DNA of 64,000 nt from Eledone cirrhosa. Lineage: Eukaryota. The notes beneath the pieces are model-generated. The model ran no database searches and had not been told where the DNA came from. It saw only the letters and a program-made list of their open reading frames with translations. The position numbers and the translations under genes are program-made. The stretch covers positions 328,290,001-328,354,000 of the forward strand of contig OZ024740.1 in NCBI GenBank assembly GCA_964016885.1. The letters run 5' to 3'. Positions 39,002-52,774 of the stretch are shown one piece after another; position 1 is the stretch's first letter; every line of letters starts with the position of its first letter.

Positions 39002-39158
<157 letters not shown>

Positions 39159-39355
39159 GGAATTTAGATATTTAGGGCGATATAATGATATATTCATAGA
39201 GGTCTCCACAGTTATTTCGACTTTGTTGTCCACAACTGTTCAATGAAAGCAAGAGCGAAAAACCTGTATCATACGCACGCACACACACACACATATATAT
39301 GAATAATTAAGGATGATGATTTCATACAAGTTAAATTGTTCTAGCCATTCACAAG

Positions 39356-39406
<51 letters not shown>

Positions 39407-39632
39407 TGTGTGTGTATACATTAGGTATTAATTTAACAATGAAAATAATAACATCAAAGTCGAGTTATTTAACCTATTCATATTGTTTTACGATCCTTTC
39501 GGAGGGTTGATCATATGGACATATTTCTATGGATTTCATTGGATTACTCGCCATCAGATTACATTGACTTCTATCTACGGTACGGACCCTACCACCAAGA
39601 TAGACCACTCTGGAAAAAATATGTATATATAG

Positions 39633-39663
<31 letters not shown>

Positions 39664-39695
39664 TATATATATATATATATATATAAGAAATATGC

Positions 39696-39791
39696 CCCCT
39701 ACGGCAGACCTCAAGCCGTTTCGACGGCTATTTCTGGACTAATGTAAGAGTATTTTAGTCTGGTAAATAAATGCCCGAACTTTTCAAGGGG
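39696..39791 (-). ncRNA. Hammerhead with U3-A8 core (family E), GUA triplet
   Basis: CCCC-TTGAAAA-G…C-GAAA-CGGC…GCCG-TA-GGGG. Confidence 0.72.
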
Positions 39792-41299
39792 TACTTCCTT
39801 ATATGGGAAGATTGTAGTTGTCAAGAGGATTGGTCGAGCATAGAAGGTGAAATCTACACGGCAAATTCTAAGGAATGCGTATGAAAGTAGGCCAGTGGAG
39901 GTTAGCGAAAAAAGGTTTCTTTAGAAAGTGGAGGAGGGACGTTTTAGAAATAGTAAATCAAAAGCGATTAACTTCGCACAAAACATCGTGTCCTCAAACA
40001 ACAAAAGTCACAACCCCTATGGAAGAAACAACCTACAAATTAGTGGAGAGCCGACCAGGAGGTGTAACTGCCCCGATAGATCTACGTGCCCCCTCAACAA
40101 CAGATGCCGAGAACGTAACGTGATCTACCAGTGCAACGTAAGGACGGACTCCGCCAACAAAGCTTATATAGGATTAACCGCTTGTGACTTTAAGACCCGG
40201 CTTGTGACTTTAACACCGACATACGTTCCGAAACCCAGTCTGGCGACATGCTGCCACCACACTTTCGGGCCATATCTGGGACCTCCAAGATAATAATATA
40301 ACTTACCATCTTACTTGGAGCTTACTGTCCAGAGCCAACTCTTACACGGGAGGACGCCGTCCGCGTAACTTATGCTCGGAGGAAACATTACAAATGCTGT
40401 TTACGAAGGATCAACTCCTAAACAAAGAAGACAAACTGGTAACTGCATGCAAACACAGATTGCGGAAGACTTACCTCGCTCTCAATCCCCTTAACGATCC
40501 GGGTGGGTAGACTAGGGCTGAAACACCTCACTTGCCGTATAAGATAGGGTAAACCCTACTTATATAGGTAGATGTACCTCTTTCCTTTTCCTCTATGTTT
40601 TCTCCTTCCCTTTGTCTCTTCCTATCACTTCTTTCCACCACCGAATTTCATCCTCGTTCGTTTCTTTGTGTTTTTCCCCCTTTCGCCTACCCGAGGCAGC
40701 CCATCGGACCTCTTTAGTCTCAGTACACCCACCCCAGTAACTTACAGATAGCACTTGCCGATTACGCTATACTAACTATTTATAGAAGCTGTGTTAGACC
40801 CCAGAGATGTGGTATTAATTTTTAATTCTATATTTTCAATAATTCTCATCTAGCAACACATTCTATAGCTTTGGCCGAAATAGCAGCACCAACTAAATAT
40901 AGCAGCTGTGTTAGACTCCTTAGTTTTATTTCACTTCTCACTTTCCAATCTTACATTCTGATACATCTTTCTCTCATTTTTTATTATATTCTCTTTTATT
41001 ATATTTTTTCATTGTCCCCTAATCGCTTTTGATTTACCAATTCTATAACGGCCCTCCTCCACTTTCTAAAGAAACCTTTTTTCGCCAACCTCCACTGGCC
41101 TACTTTCATACACATTCCTTAGAATTTGCCGTGTAGATTTCACCTTCTACGCTTGACCGGCTCTACCCCCTGCCCTATCGTTCTACAGGCAAATTCAGCC
41201 ATCCCCACCCCGCACCCACTGCCATGATAGACTTTTCTGTGTCTGCTACAAATTTTGACCAATCCTCTTGACAACTACAATCTTCCCATATAAGGAAGT

Positions 41300-41398
41300 A
41301 CCCCTTGAAAAGTTCGGCTATTTATTTACCAGACTAAAAAAACTCTTACATTAGTCCAGAAATAGCCGTCGAAACGGCTTGAGGTCTGCCGTCGGAGT
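41300..41398 (+). ncRNA. Hammerhead with U3-A8 core (family E), GUC triplet
   Basis: ACCCC-TTGAAAA-GttCGGCTATTT…GACTAA…TTAGTC…AAATAGCCGtC-GAAA-CGGC…GCCG-TC-GGAGT. Confidence 0.75.
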
Positions 41399-41488
41399 CA
41401 TACTTTCTCCTATTACCCACTCTACTACCCTAAGTATTGAGTACACTGGTACGTTATGTTCCATCTGGTTCCTTACCAATACTCCTTC

Positions 41489-41547
<59 letters not shown>

Positions 41548-41853
41548 GACTTCTACATGACTAGAACTATTTGAACGTGTGAAATAATCGTCCTTAATTT
41601 TATGCTTTCTGAAGAAAAAAGGTGGCCGTAACCTCGAAGCTTCAACGTTTGGCTCTTCTGGCAACCAGAAAAAGCAACCGATGCCACCTTCTTTGTCAGA
41701 AGATAAATCTTACACACTGCAAACATGTATCGTGTGATCATTCATATATGATTGTATGTATGTATGTACGTACGTAGTATATATATATATATATATATAT
41801 GTATGTTTGCATGTATGTATACATGTATGTATGTTTCTATGTATGCTTGTATG

Positions 41854-41913
<60 letters not shown>

Positions 41914-41971
41914 AGTGGGTGTTTGTGTGTGTGGTGCATGCATATGTATGTATGGAGAGAGAGAGCAACAC

Positions 41972-42031
<60 letters not shown>

Positions 42032-42470
42032 CGAGGGACAGACAGGCCGCTATGTATGTGAAGCCCTGCAGATATACTTGAATATTTACATAGTTATGCA
42101 TATATTTACATAAATACTTTCTGTACAGTATACATTATGTTTTTTAAAAGCCTGACATACACAAACATACACTGACACTGACAAAAATAGACAAAATATA
42201 CACAGTAAATAGACACACAACACACACACACACAGACACACACACACACACACACACACAGACACACACACACACACCCACACACAGACACACACACACC
42301 CACACACACACACAGATACGAATATCTCCGTATTTGTCTATGAGTATGCAGATGGTTACATTCCCATTTAACTAATGAAACATCAAATATACATATATAA
42401 GTACTGCGATACACATATATACATACACACACACAATATCTATATATACACAAACAAACATTGACATATT

Positions 42471-42598
<128 letters not shown>

Positions 42599-44554
42599 CA
42601 CACTCACAGACACTTATATATTCCCTGAAGATGGAAAGATGCACAGATATACAGACAAGTAGAAAAATAACTTAGTGTATTGTACATCTATTTAGTAAAA
42701 AATAAAAACAACAAAAAATATAAACAGCTGTAAATTATTGCCCCTAAGTTTCTTTTTTTTTTTGTGTTTTTGCTTTAGCGGTGTTTTCAATTTGCCTGGA
42801 AAATATGCAAAGATTCACGAAAGAAGATACTTGACTTGTTGCCAAATTAGGCTGTTTAAAAACTTTGAAGCAAACTGGGTAATAAAACAAACAATAATCT
42901 CCTACCCTTAACACTGCGCAGTTAGTTGGCAAAATGTTTTGTATATCTAATTAAAAACATGAAATGAAACTGAGAGAAGAAACAAGAATTATAGATAATT
43001 TGTTGACTTTGTGAAGTTTATTTGTGGCTTGTATAGATACCAATATTTGTCTTGTTTCTTGATGTATTTTTAACCGATTTATACCGTTGAATGTTCGGTT
43101 GCGTAACGGGATTGAACCTTTGGTGTGTTTGTTCCTTTTAGGATCTTGATTGAGAAGTATTCTGTAGTCTAATGTATATTGTCTCCCGCTCTTCGTTCAA
43201 GAACCATCATGTTTGACATCTCAGATATTACCTCTCCTCAAGGCAAACACATATATTTTATTATTTTTATATAAAGTGCCGTCATAGACCATCTCTAACA
43301 TTTTTTCTACATTGTAAGAAAGAATTTCATCTCAAAGCTGCAATATCAAGCGGCGAATTGAGCCAAGCATTAGAGCATCGTACAATATGCTGTGAGGTAT
43401 TTATTTCAGCAACTTGCCTTTTCAGTTAAAATTTCCCAAGGTTAACGTTGCCTTTCAACCAACTGGTGTCGATAAATAAAGTACTAGTTTATGGCGGTGA
43501 ACTGGCGGTATCAATAGAATGACGGACAATATGCCTTGCAGTATTTCTTCAAGCTTTCTATGCTCTGAGGTTCTTCTGTCTGTCTTTGGCTATGTGTGTG
43601 CGAGTGTGTGTGTGTGTGTACTTCCATGACATATACGGATGGCAATTTTGTTTGCAATTTAGTTTACCCTCTGATGAATGAGAGATTACAACATATTTAT
43701 TTTTAAATATGATGTAAACATCATAGTGTTTTTGTGTATTTTTTGTTCCTTTAAAGGTCAATTTTGTAATTTTCACCTTGTAACAATTGACCATACAGAC
43801 AAAATATTTATGTAGACGTCATGACGCGATAGTTCGCGAAAGAACGAATCAGAAGTTTCATCTGTCAATATCTTCTCAGTGTAATATTGAATGAAACTGC
43901 AACCAAACAACTAATTTATATTTTTCGCAATTAAATCTTATTGATGATGCTGCTGCTGATGTTGCTGCTGCTGATAATGATTATGATGGTTATGATTATG
44001 ATAATTGTGGCGGTCGATATCCTCAACTCTCTAGGTTTATATAATACGATGAATCGCTCTAATACTATCCATGGTTAACTGAGAGTGTATAAGGATATAA
44101 TCCTTTCTATTTAAACTCAGAATATAAAGAGCCGGAACAAATATTTCATGACTGGTATTTTGTCAATCCCGAAAGAAAAGAAAGGTAAAGTTGTCCTCGA
44201 GAGTTGGAATAGATATCGTAATTATCGTAATAAGTAATTTTATCCAAGACTCATGCTGCCAATTCGCCACCTCAAAATTATCCCTTATCCGTAATGATGA
44301 ATATATATATATATATACATAGGTCTTATCCATCATGATAAATTGAAAGGAATTAATCTGTAGTATGATGAAAACTTGTTACACATGAAGTCCTCTGGTG
44401 TAATTGAATAAATAGTGGTGCCGCTCTCTAATGCCATCTAACATGTTTAAATGATGATGGATCCTCCATCGACTGTGACGTTAATCACGCAGTAAGTTAA
44501 GGTGTAAGTTATTGAGTGTTCAGTGGGACACTATATGTGAAAAGTTGTAATCTA

Positions 44555-44718
44555 TCCGATGGACACTTACACAATTTCCGTCTACCCAATTTCACCCACA
44601 AGGTTTGTGTTGTCGCGAGGTTATGGAAAAAAAGTTTGGCCAAGATGCTATGTGGTAACATGGAGCCCAGGATCTTATTCTTGCGAAGAAAACTTCTTAC
44701 CCATTCAGCCATGCTTGC
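44555..44718 (-). mobile_element. Degenerate SINE, family 2
   Basis: Similar to 12670-12836. Confidence 0.55.
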
Positions 44719-45255
44719 AGCAAATTATGTAGTGCTGAAAATATATTAACCACGCATAGTCAATGAAGTGGAGCTAAACAATGACTTAAATTTATTTGTT
44801 GACCTTATATAAATAGTAACCAAATCTCCCTCAAATTACCTCCTATCGTTTTAAAAAGACACCCATTTGATAATTAGTTGAGATCCATTGGCTGAAGGAA
44901 AAAGCACGAGTTAATCATAGCTGACCATATCCTTTCATTACAGGTTTATTCAAGCATCGTTGTTATGGATCTAAATTACAGTTTAACTTAAACACAAATT
45001 GTTCTTCTGTTTATCAAATATTTTGAATATTTACATTTAATATGATTCAATCCAAATGAATAATAAAACACATGAGTTTTGGTACGGAATGATTAAGGAG
45101 TTTACATTTTAGCGACATGTATTCGTGTTCATTCTCATTACGTTTCACTTTAAGCAACTGTCTTGTATGTATGTATGTATGTATGTATGTATGTATGTAT
45201 GTATGTATGTATGTATGTATGTATGTATGTATGTATGTATGTATGTATGTATGTA

Positions 45256-45822
45256 TCCCAGTACAACCTGTCTCATGGTCGGGTCGTTGGCGAGTAAACT
45301 GGCAACCCCACCAACGTTTCTTTGTGAGAAGGGTGACTTTGGACATCCTGCAGGACTAAAAACAAAACCTGTCAAAGGGCAAAGGAGCTCTTAAGCGTCA
45401 ATGGCCATCCAAAATCACCGGGAGAGATGACCCCTTAGCCTTTGTCAAGGCAGAATTCTATGAGTAGGAAAACTCTGATATAACACCTGCAACTCTGATG
45501 GTATCCAATGATGTTAACTTGTTCTTCTTTTTGGTAAATATCTTGGTTAAGAGAGTGGGACTGGCTTTGTGCAGTGCCTTTGCTCACTATAAAAGCTTCA
45601 CAGCACAGGCATTTCTTTATATCTGGAGATCTCTCTGCACTTGTCATCACATGGTACCATGGGCCCAGCACTATGTGTCAATAATTGTCACAAGTGTAGT
45701 GTTTGTACCAGAGTTTTCAAGTCGCTGGCTGGACTAAAAAGTCACACTTGTTCAGCGCATCGGTAGGGGTTCTACATGGATATAAAGTAGTGGCCGTACT
45801 CGAAAATGAGTTGGCAGCCACC
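45256..45822. mobile_element. Repeat fragment inserted in (TATG)n, possibly a non-LTR 5'UTR
   Basis: (TATG)n on both sides. 45259-45410 is homologous to 24540-24653 on the minus strand. Confidence 0.5.
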
Positions 45823-46491
45823 ATGTATGTATGTATGTATGTATGTATGTATGTATGTATGTATGTATGTATGTATGTATGTATGTATGTATGTATGTAT
45901 GTGTATGTGTATCTGTGTGTGCGTGTCTATGTATGTTGTCCATATCTGCACTTATGTTTATTGTCTGTTTACTTTATTCTCTGGCTTCAAAGTTTACTTT
46001 CAGTTTATTAGTACATATATGTATTGAATGTTAACCCAGTGCCGTTGATAAACATATTTTCTTTCAGACAAAAGCTAAGTCCAAAAATGATAGATTCATC
46101 TTCTCAGGAGATAATAAATTTGTACAAACTCACGTACTTCACTGTGAAATCTTTGCCAGCATAAATCACCATTAGCTCCCAAAGACTTCGTTTTTTATTT
46201 ACGTATAAACAACATACGCTCAAATATAGATGTTTATATACAATAACGTTTTCTTTTAGGTACATCATGTACAGCGAACATATTGAATTTTAGGCAAGAA
46301 ATTGTTATGTTTATATAAATAAAGATAACAATTCAGCTACATACTTGGCAAAGATTCACTAGAAGAAATTACGAAACCATTACTCTTCTCTTAGTAAACT
46401 TTAGAATAGTTTTATCTCCCACTGTTCATATCGTTGCTAATGTTTGTAGATTAAATATTTATACATCTAGTTTACTTTTATTCATATTGCT

Positions 46492-46573
<82 letters not shown>
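46492..46573. repeat. (TAC)n microsatellite
   Basis: Read directly from the sequence. A similar tract lies at 29338-29410. Confidence 0.95.
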
Positions 46574-46759
46574 GTCTTTATAATTGTTGTATGTTTAGAA
46601 CTATATTTTCCATTGAGACTATTTTATATTTAAGATTTGAGGGAAATTTATGTACTATTTCTAGCAAGAAGAGCGACCACGAAAAGGTTCTTCTTTTGCC
46701 TTGTTGCTTTATAGGTTGTCAGTGTTGAACGCTTAGTCAGATCTGGAAATGTATGGGGC

Positions 46760-47650
46760 AGGGATACATCATGCCAGTCATTTACTTCAACTTCTAGACG
46801 AAAGAGGCAACCGGTAGTCAGCAAACAACGTGACTGGAGTAAGAATTGTTAGCCCGAATCTCAACAACCTTTGCTTTGTTGATGATATCGTTGTTGATAA
46901 CGTCAACAGAAAAATTCCAAAGACTGCTTGCCGAGGTGGAAAGGTTCTCTGGCAAATATCAGCTGCAGATCAATACACGGAAGACGAGGTTCATGACAAC
47001 CGTTATAGAACCGGTGCAGCTAGGCATTCAATGTCAAAGAGTTACGCTACATTAAATGGAATAATTCAAGTACCTAGGAACTATCATAGATCAAACAATG
47101 AATAATAGTCGTGAGATTAGAGCTTGGGTTGGAGTAAGAAGACTTGCATTTACGTCGCTTAAGCCGTCGTGGAAAGACTGCGCTCTCCATAAGTGCTTCA
47201 AGCTGAAGCTTCTGAAGACCCTAGTGTCAGAGGTGGCGCTCTATGTCTGCGAGACATGGAAACTGAAAACCACCGTTGATAACAAACAGATGTCGTTTGA
47301 GACAACATGTTACAAGCGGGCACTGCGTATCAGCTTGATGAGTCACAAAAATAACGAGTCGGTCTTGGAGGTCTTGGTGGAGATGGAAACAGAGATAACA
47401 GAAATAAGGAAGCGAAAGCTACAATACTTTAACCATGTCATTACCGTCCAGAACAACTTCACTCATAACCTGGAGGGAAGCACCGATGGCAGAAGATCCA
47501 GACGAAGTCCAAAGAGACGCTAGAGGGACGACATCATGGATTTAACAGAAGAACGCTGGTGGAGTGCACGGTCGAGGCGAGGGAGAGGAGCTAGTAGTGA
47601 GCCTTGGTACAATTGCACATGGTCCCCGACTCTCAGTATTGATAATGAGA
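46760..47650 (+). pseudogene. Degenerate RTE-clade LINE ORF, 3' part
   Basis: NLNNLCFVDDIV (compare NNLRFADD), LQINTRKTRFM, KLKLLKTLV…LYVCETW, RKRKLQYFNHV, EGSTDGRRSRRSPKRR. Confidence 0.8.
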
Positions 47651-48215
47651 AAAGAAGAGATAGTTCTGATTGAGCATACATATGATCAATCGCATTCCAA
47701 CAACAACGGTCCCATCTCTTATTTTAGACGACATGTATCTAGGACTTGCATTACCTAGGTGAGTGAAAGATACCATAATAGATATTCTTGTTCACGATAC
47801 ATTCTTAAAAATTCACATTTCTTAAAAAATACAGTTGCTTTTTAAATATAATACTGCACAGTCAATTGTCACCGAGAAAACATATGTTGGATACAGGTCA
47901 TTGGATTATAAGAATCCGATCGATTCGAAGGAGATCACAGTGAAAAACAGAGGTTGAATCCTACGAATGTACTAGCGTTTCTTTTGCAGATGTTTCCGAA
48001 CTGTCAGTTGCGACATTTTATTGAGTTACCCATAATCTCCAGATGTATGGCGAAATTGAATCATATCTAATAAATGTTTACGAGTATACATTCGGCTGAA
48101 ATTTCTGCTTACAGTTAGATACATGACTCTAACGTAAATGTTTATTTAGTAGAGAACAAAGAGCTCCACAGAACAAAAAGCATTCATCTTGTAGTAAGAT
48201 ATATATGTGTGTGCT

Positions 48216-48334
<119 letters not shown>

Positions 48335-49071
48335 TGTTGATTAATTGGTAGTTGAGGTTGCGTATTAAACCAAATTACGTAATAAAGAAAATTAAGAAAA
48401 TCTCGCCATCGTAATAATAATAATAACAACAATAATAACAACAGCAACAATAATAACAATAACTATATATATATATACAAACCAAAAGAGGAACTTAAAT
48501 CTTATCTGAGACGTAATCATTTCTTGCACGAAATAAACTGTACTGAGTGACATGGACTGCATTCTCTTGATATCTTCTCTGGTATGCAAGTCTGCAGTGG
48601 GTTTGTCATCACATCTTTTCATCTTTCAAAACCCGTTCACAGCTTCAACACACTGCTCACTGTATTACATTCATTCCTTTAATTCAGGGGCTCCCAAACA
48701 TGGAAAAAATCTCCACCGCCCACTGTAAAATAAATATTTTAAAGCATAAATTCGAGATGGGCAGATTTCCTGATAGGCACTATTCCGGACTATAAAAAGT
48801 ATAACAGTAATAAAAAGTCAGTTTACGAACCAGTAACAAATGTTTTTAACTCTTACAAAACAATATAAATGAATAATATTTACATTACAATATACTTTAT
48901 TGAAAGAAATATAAAAAGTAGAAACATCAAATATTTAGACACACACATAACATTTTTATATATCATCACTGTGACCCGTGTCTGGTGCGACGCAGCTAGT
49001 GCAAACACATTGGGTTTAAATTTAATCAGCTTTAGCATAAAGTTAATTTCCTTGGTTATATCCAACAGAAT

Positions 49072-49330
49072 GACGCCGAGAACAAGCGGACGGCGCCTGG
49101 GCGAGTGGGTCAGAGCCTAACAAAGCCGAAGGACGCCGAGAACGAGCGGTTGACGACAAGGCGAAGGGGAAGAGTCTAGCGAAGCCGAAAGATGCCGAGA
49201 ACGAACGGTCGGTGACAAGATAAGTGGGTCAGAGACTAGCGAAGACGAAGAATGCTGAGAACGAACAGTCGGCGACAAGGCGAGTGGGTAGAACCTAGCG
49301 AAGCCGAAGAACGACGGAAAAGAACGGTCG
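49072..49330. repeat. GC-rich minisatellite, ~59-60-bp period, about 4.3 copies
   Basis: Units start GACGCCGAGAAC-like at 49072, 49132, 49191 and 49251. Confidence 0.85.
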
Positions 49331-50371
49331 ATCATTGTATCTACATTCTATCTTCTTCTAGCCAACAAAACGAAGCACTAAAAAGGAATATTTTTCTCTC
49401 TGGAGATTAAACTGTTTACACGCCATGTCGTTTAAAATTGACTGCGATTTAAACCGGCAGTTGTACCACTCTACCATCGTGACAATTCTGCTTTAAAATA
49501 TTCTAAAAAAGTGATATTGCAAATGTTTTCTTTGAATTCCTTATCGTCTTACATGTTTTATACTTTCGTACGGATTTCCATAAGTATATTATACTTTTGG
49601 ATTGCAGGTTCGGTTATTCTATCAATTATCAAATACTAATGTTACTATTAATTATTTAATTTAATTTTTTCCTGTATAAATAATCAATTATACAGTCAGA
49701 CACAAACAGTCAGAAACATACCATATATATATATATATATATATTTTCCACTAGCCGAAATGCGATTCTCGCTAATTTATATATATATATACACAGTTCA
49801 AGAGTAACCAATCTTAAAGAGAGAGATGGAGATAGGTGAGGAGATAGGAGAGGAGAGATTGGTGAATTAGTTAGAAGTCAAAGCGTAAAGTCATGTGCTC
49901 AATGTGCAATATGCAGTGGAAAGCAGCTAGGTGGCTGGGTTCATGCAGATGTTAGGCGCGCAGAGCTGGAAATATTCATTAGTTAAGCAAAACAAGACCA
50001 CACATTTCACAAGGAAGACATTATTAAAAGATTGTCAACATATTTTAGTTTGATGTAAGGAATGTAGAGAATAATAATAATAATATTAATAATAATAATG
50101 TCCGTTTACAATTGTTTCGCTACTCCATATAATATTTCTAGATCAAATGACTATATATCATTATTGATCTGGTTCAGTTGAACATAATTAACATAATTAA
50201 AGATAGAGCGGCTCATCGGAACTTCAAAGGAATATAAATTAAAATAAGGAAAGAATGTTACATAATGTAATGTTTCATATATTGGTATTTCACTATGGTG
50301 TCCTGGGTGTATCAATTGTCTGCCATAATCAAGCAGTATTCTTCTGTCGAGGCTGCATTGTGTGAGATCTG

Positions 50372-50455
<84 letters not shown>

Positions 50456-50699
50456 TTAATTAGTTACCTACCTAGCTATGTGTGCTTCCACACTTTTACA
50501 AATTATTCCCTGTGATTGTTTCATATGTTTACTTTAGATATATATATATGTCAATCAATTTCTAATTAATATAAAATGCTCGGATCTATTCATTGGAATG
50601 TTGGAGCATATTCTACAGTGGATATGGCGCATGTCTCTCCGACATGACACCTTTAATTTAATTTTGGATATATATATATATATATTATATATATATATA

Positions 50700-51535
50700 C
50701 GAGGTGTGTCAGAAAAGTTCCAGGACTGATGTCACAAAAGATTTATTTCAAACCGAATCTTCACACTAAGAGTTTTCTCATTCAAAGTAATCCCCCTGGA
50801 GTCTAATGCACTTTTCCATCCTTCTCTTCCACGCTTGCATGCACTCCTGGAAGGATTCTTCCGGGATCCTCCGCAGTTTCGTCGTCACGGCCTTTTTGAT
50901 GTCGTCCACGTCTTCAAAACGGGTCCCCTCCGGGTCGTACTCGAAGATCCATAACTCATCACCGGTGATGACTGTCCCTAGCAAGTCTGGTTCGGTTTCA
51001 AGACGCTCGAGGATGTCTTGGCACACTTGCATGCGTCGACCCTTCTGGTCATCGTTCAGCAGTTTTGGCACCATCTTCGCGCAGACTTTCCGCATGTCCA
51101 AATCTTCAGTGAGAATTTTCCAGACGCTGTACGGATTCATGCCCAGCGCATTTGCCATCAGTCAGCTGACGATCGCTACGCACCATCTGCCTGACACACT
51201 GAACGTTGACCTCAGTACTGGTTGTTGAGGGCCTTCCGCTCCTGGGGTCATCTTCCACGTCATCTCGTGACATCGTCTCATCTCAATACACTTGCTGCAG
51301 CAATCCCAGTGCTTCTGACGGAGTTTTCCCCAACCGTCCCAGAAGCTTCAAGTTTGTTCGTTGCTCTGTGCTCATTGCTTGACGACCTGAAACAGAGGAC
51401 ATGTATATAAAATTATGAAGAAAAAAGTTTGATCGCTGCAGAGAGCTAAGATTACAGTTACATACTCCAGGGGGATTACTTTGAAGGAGAAAACTCTTTT
51501 GTGACATCAGTCCTGGATCTTTTCCGACACACCTC

Positions 51536-51536
<1 letters not shown>
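50700..51536 (-). mobile_element. Internally deleted mariner transposon
   Basis: TIRs CGAGGTGTGTCAGAAAAG… / …CTTTTCCGACACACCTCG with TA target. Transposase pieces MSTEQRTNLK, RKVCAKMVPKLL and ITGDELWIFEYDPE fused to GTRFED…GDYFE. The later catalytic motifs are deleted. Confidence 0.92.
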
Positions 51537-51565
<29 letters not shown>

Positions 51566-51571
<6 letters not shown>

Positions 51572-51802
51572 AGTATATGTTGGTTGTATACCAACACCTC
51601 AGTATGCAGATTGGATCACTCGACTAAGTGCGCAGGTTGGTTTGGTTACTCCGGAGTAATGTAAAATAAAATAAAATAAATAAGTCAAATGTTTAAAATT
51701 TGGCTTCGTTTATTACTGGTATATATATTTCGGTGACAGCCATCTCTGGCTGTGACCTCTTCAGGCAGTCCGAATTAGTGTGGTAGAGACGAGTACACAT
51801 GT
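51566..51802 (-). mobile_element. PLE terminal fragment (family B) with hammerhead at 51715-51769
   Basis: Reverse complement of about 12067-12302. Confidence 0.85.
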
Positions 51803-52774
51803 ATATATATATATTAATATTATTATTATTATTATTATACTTGGGGAGGGTCATATTGTTTTAATAATATTGCCAGAAATAATGACAGAACACACGCACT
51901 GTTTGGTTGGTTTTCGCTTCTGCATCTTTTATATCTTCATAGTTAATTTATTTGGCAATCAATGTTTATCATTGACTGGCCATCGGTTAAAAATACAGAT
52001 ATAAATATATATATACTAGACCTGAAAAATGCGCAAGCTCAAAAGAGCCACAGAATGTTATCATAAACCTTCAAAAGTGTGGGACTAGAGTTGTTGCTCA
52101 AAAATATTGTAATCATTATCTATCGTACACTCTGTGGGTCCTTTTATAAAAAAGAGACACATAACGAACTCAAGACGACACGATAATTATTTAAGTGAAT
52201 TTATAATATAGAATTCGGTTTAAGTGTATTTCGTATTAATCATGAAGGTTTATGATAACATTCTGTGGCTCTTTTGAGCTTGCGCATTTTTCAGGTCTAG
52301 TTTAATATTTTTTTAAGGCAACGCTTGTAATAACTCTAGTTAAACATGATATATATTAATAATAAATTATCGTTGTAATGTCATTAGATTACACCGTGTA
52401 ACAAAAAAATATATTTTTCTCTGTTCCTGGCTTGTAACCACTTTTTTCGTGTTGCTTAGGTCCCAAATAAATAAAAAAAGTGCTATTAAACAGTTAAAAG
52501 TTTGGGTTTGTAAAAATTCTAAGCTATTCACTAGAATTATTTGTATGCTGGATTTTACGTTGTATGTAAGTTTAATTTGCTTATGTTAAATGATATTTAA
52601 AATATATGTTTCAGGTTAAATTAAAATTATAAAATAAAGAGTAATACCTAAATAAAATTATAAAAGTGCAATAAAGTATAAAATTGTTAAAAAGTGGATT
52701 AAAGAGATTTATTGATACTGGATTTTCGCACCCTGAATGAAGGGTAAGTTGTGTTTTAAGCATTCGTATCCAGG

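Larger units (their letters stand above)
39695..41490 (+). mobile_element. 5'-truncated Penelope-like element (Nematis-like) with inverted 5' arm
   Basis: About 39945-40510 encodes CNCPDRSTCPLNNRCRERNVIYQC…AYIGLTACDFKTR…NLC…CKH. 39695-39940 is an inverted, internally deleted copy of about 41053-41395. (TA)n flanks. Confidence 0.88.

Noticed and set aside
45256-45430. HDV-like ribozyme in a putative non-LTR 5'UTR
   Set aside because: The nested double pseudoknot could not be built by eye. It needs a descriptor search.
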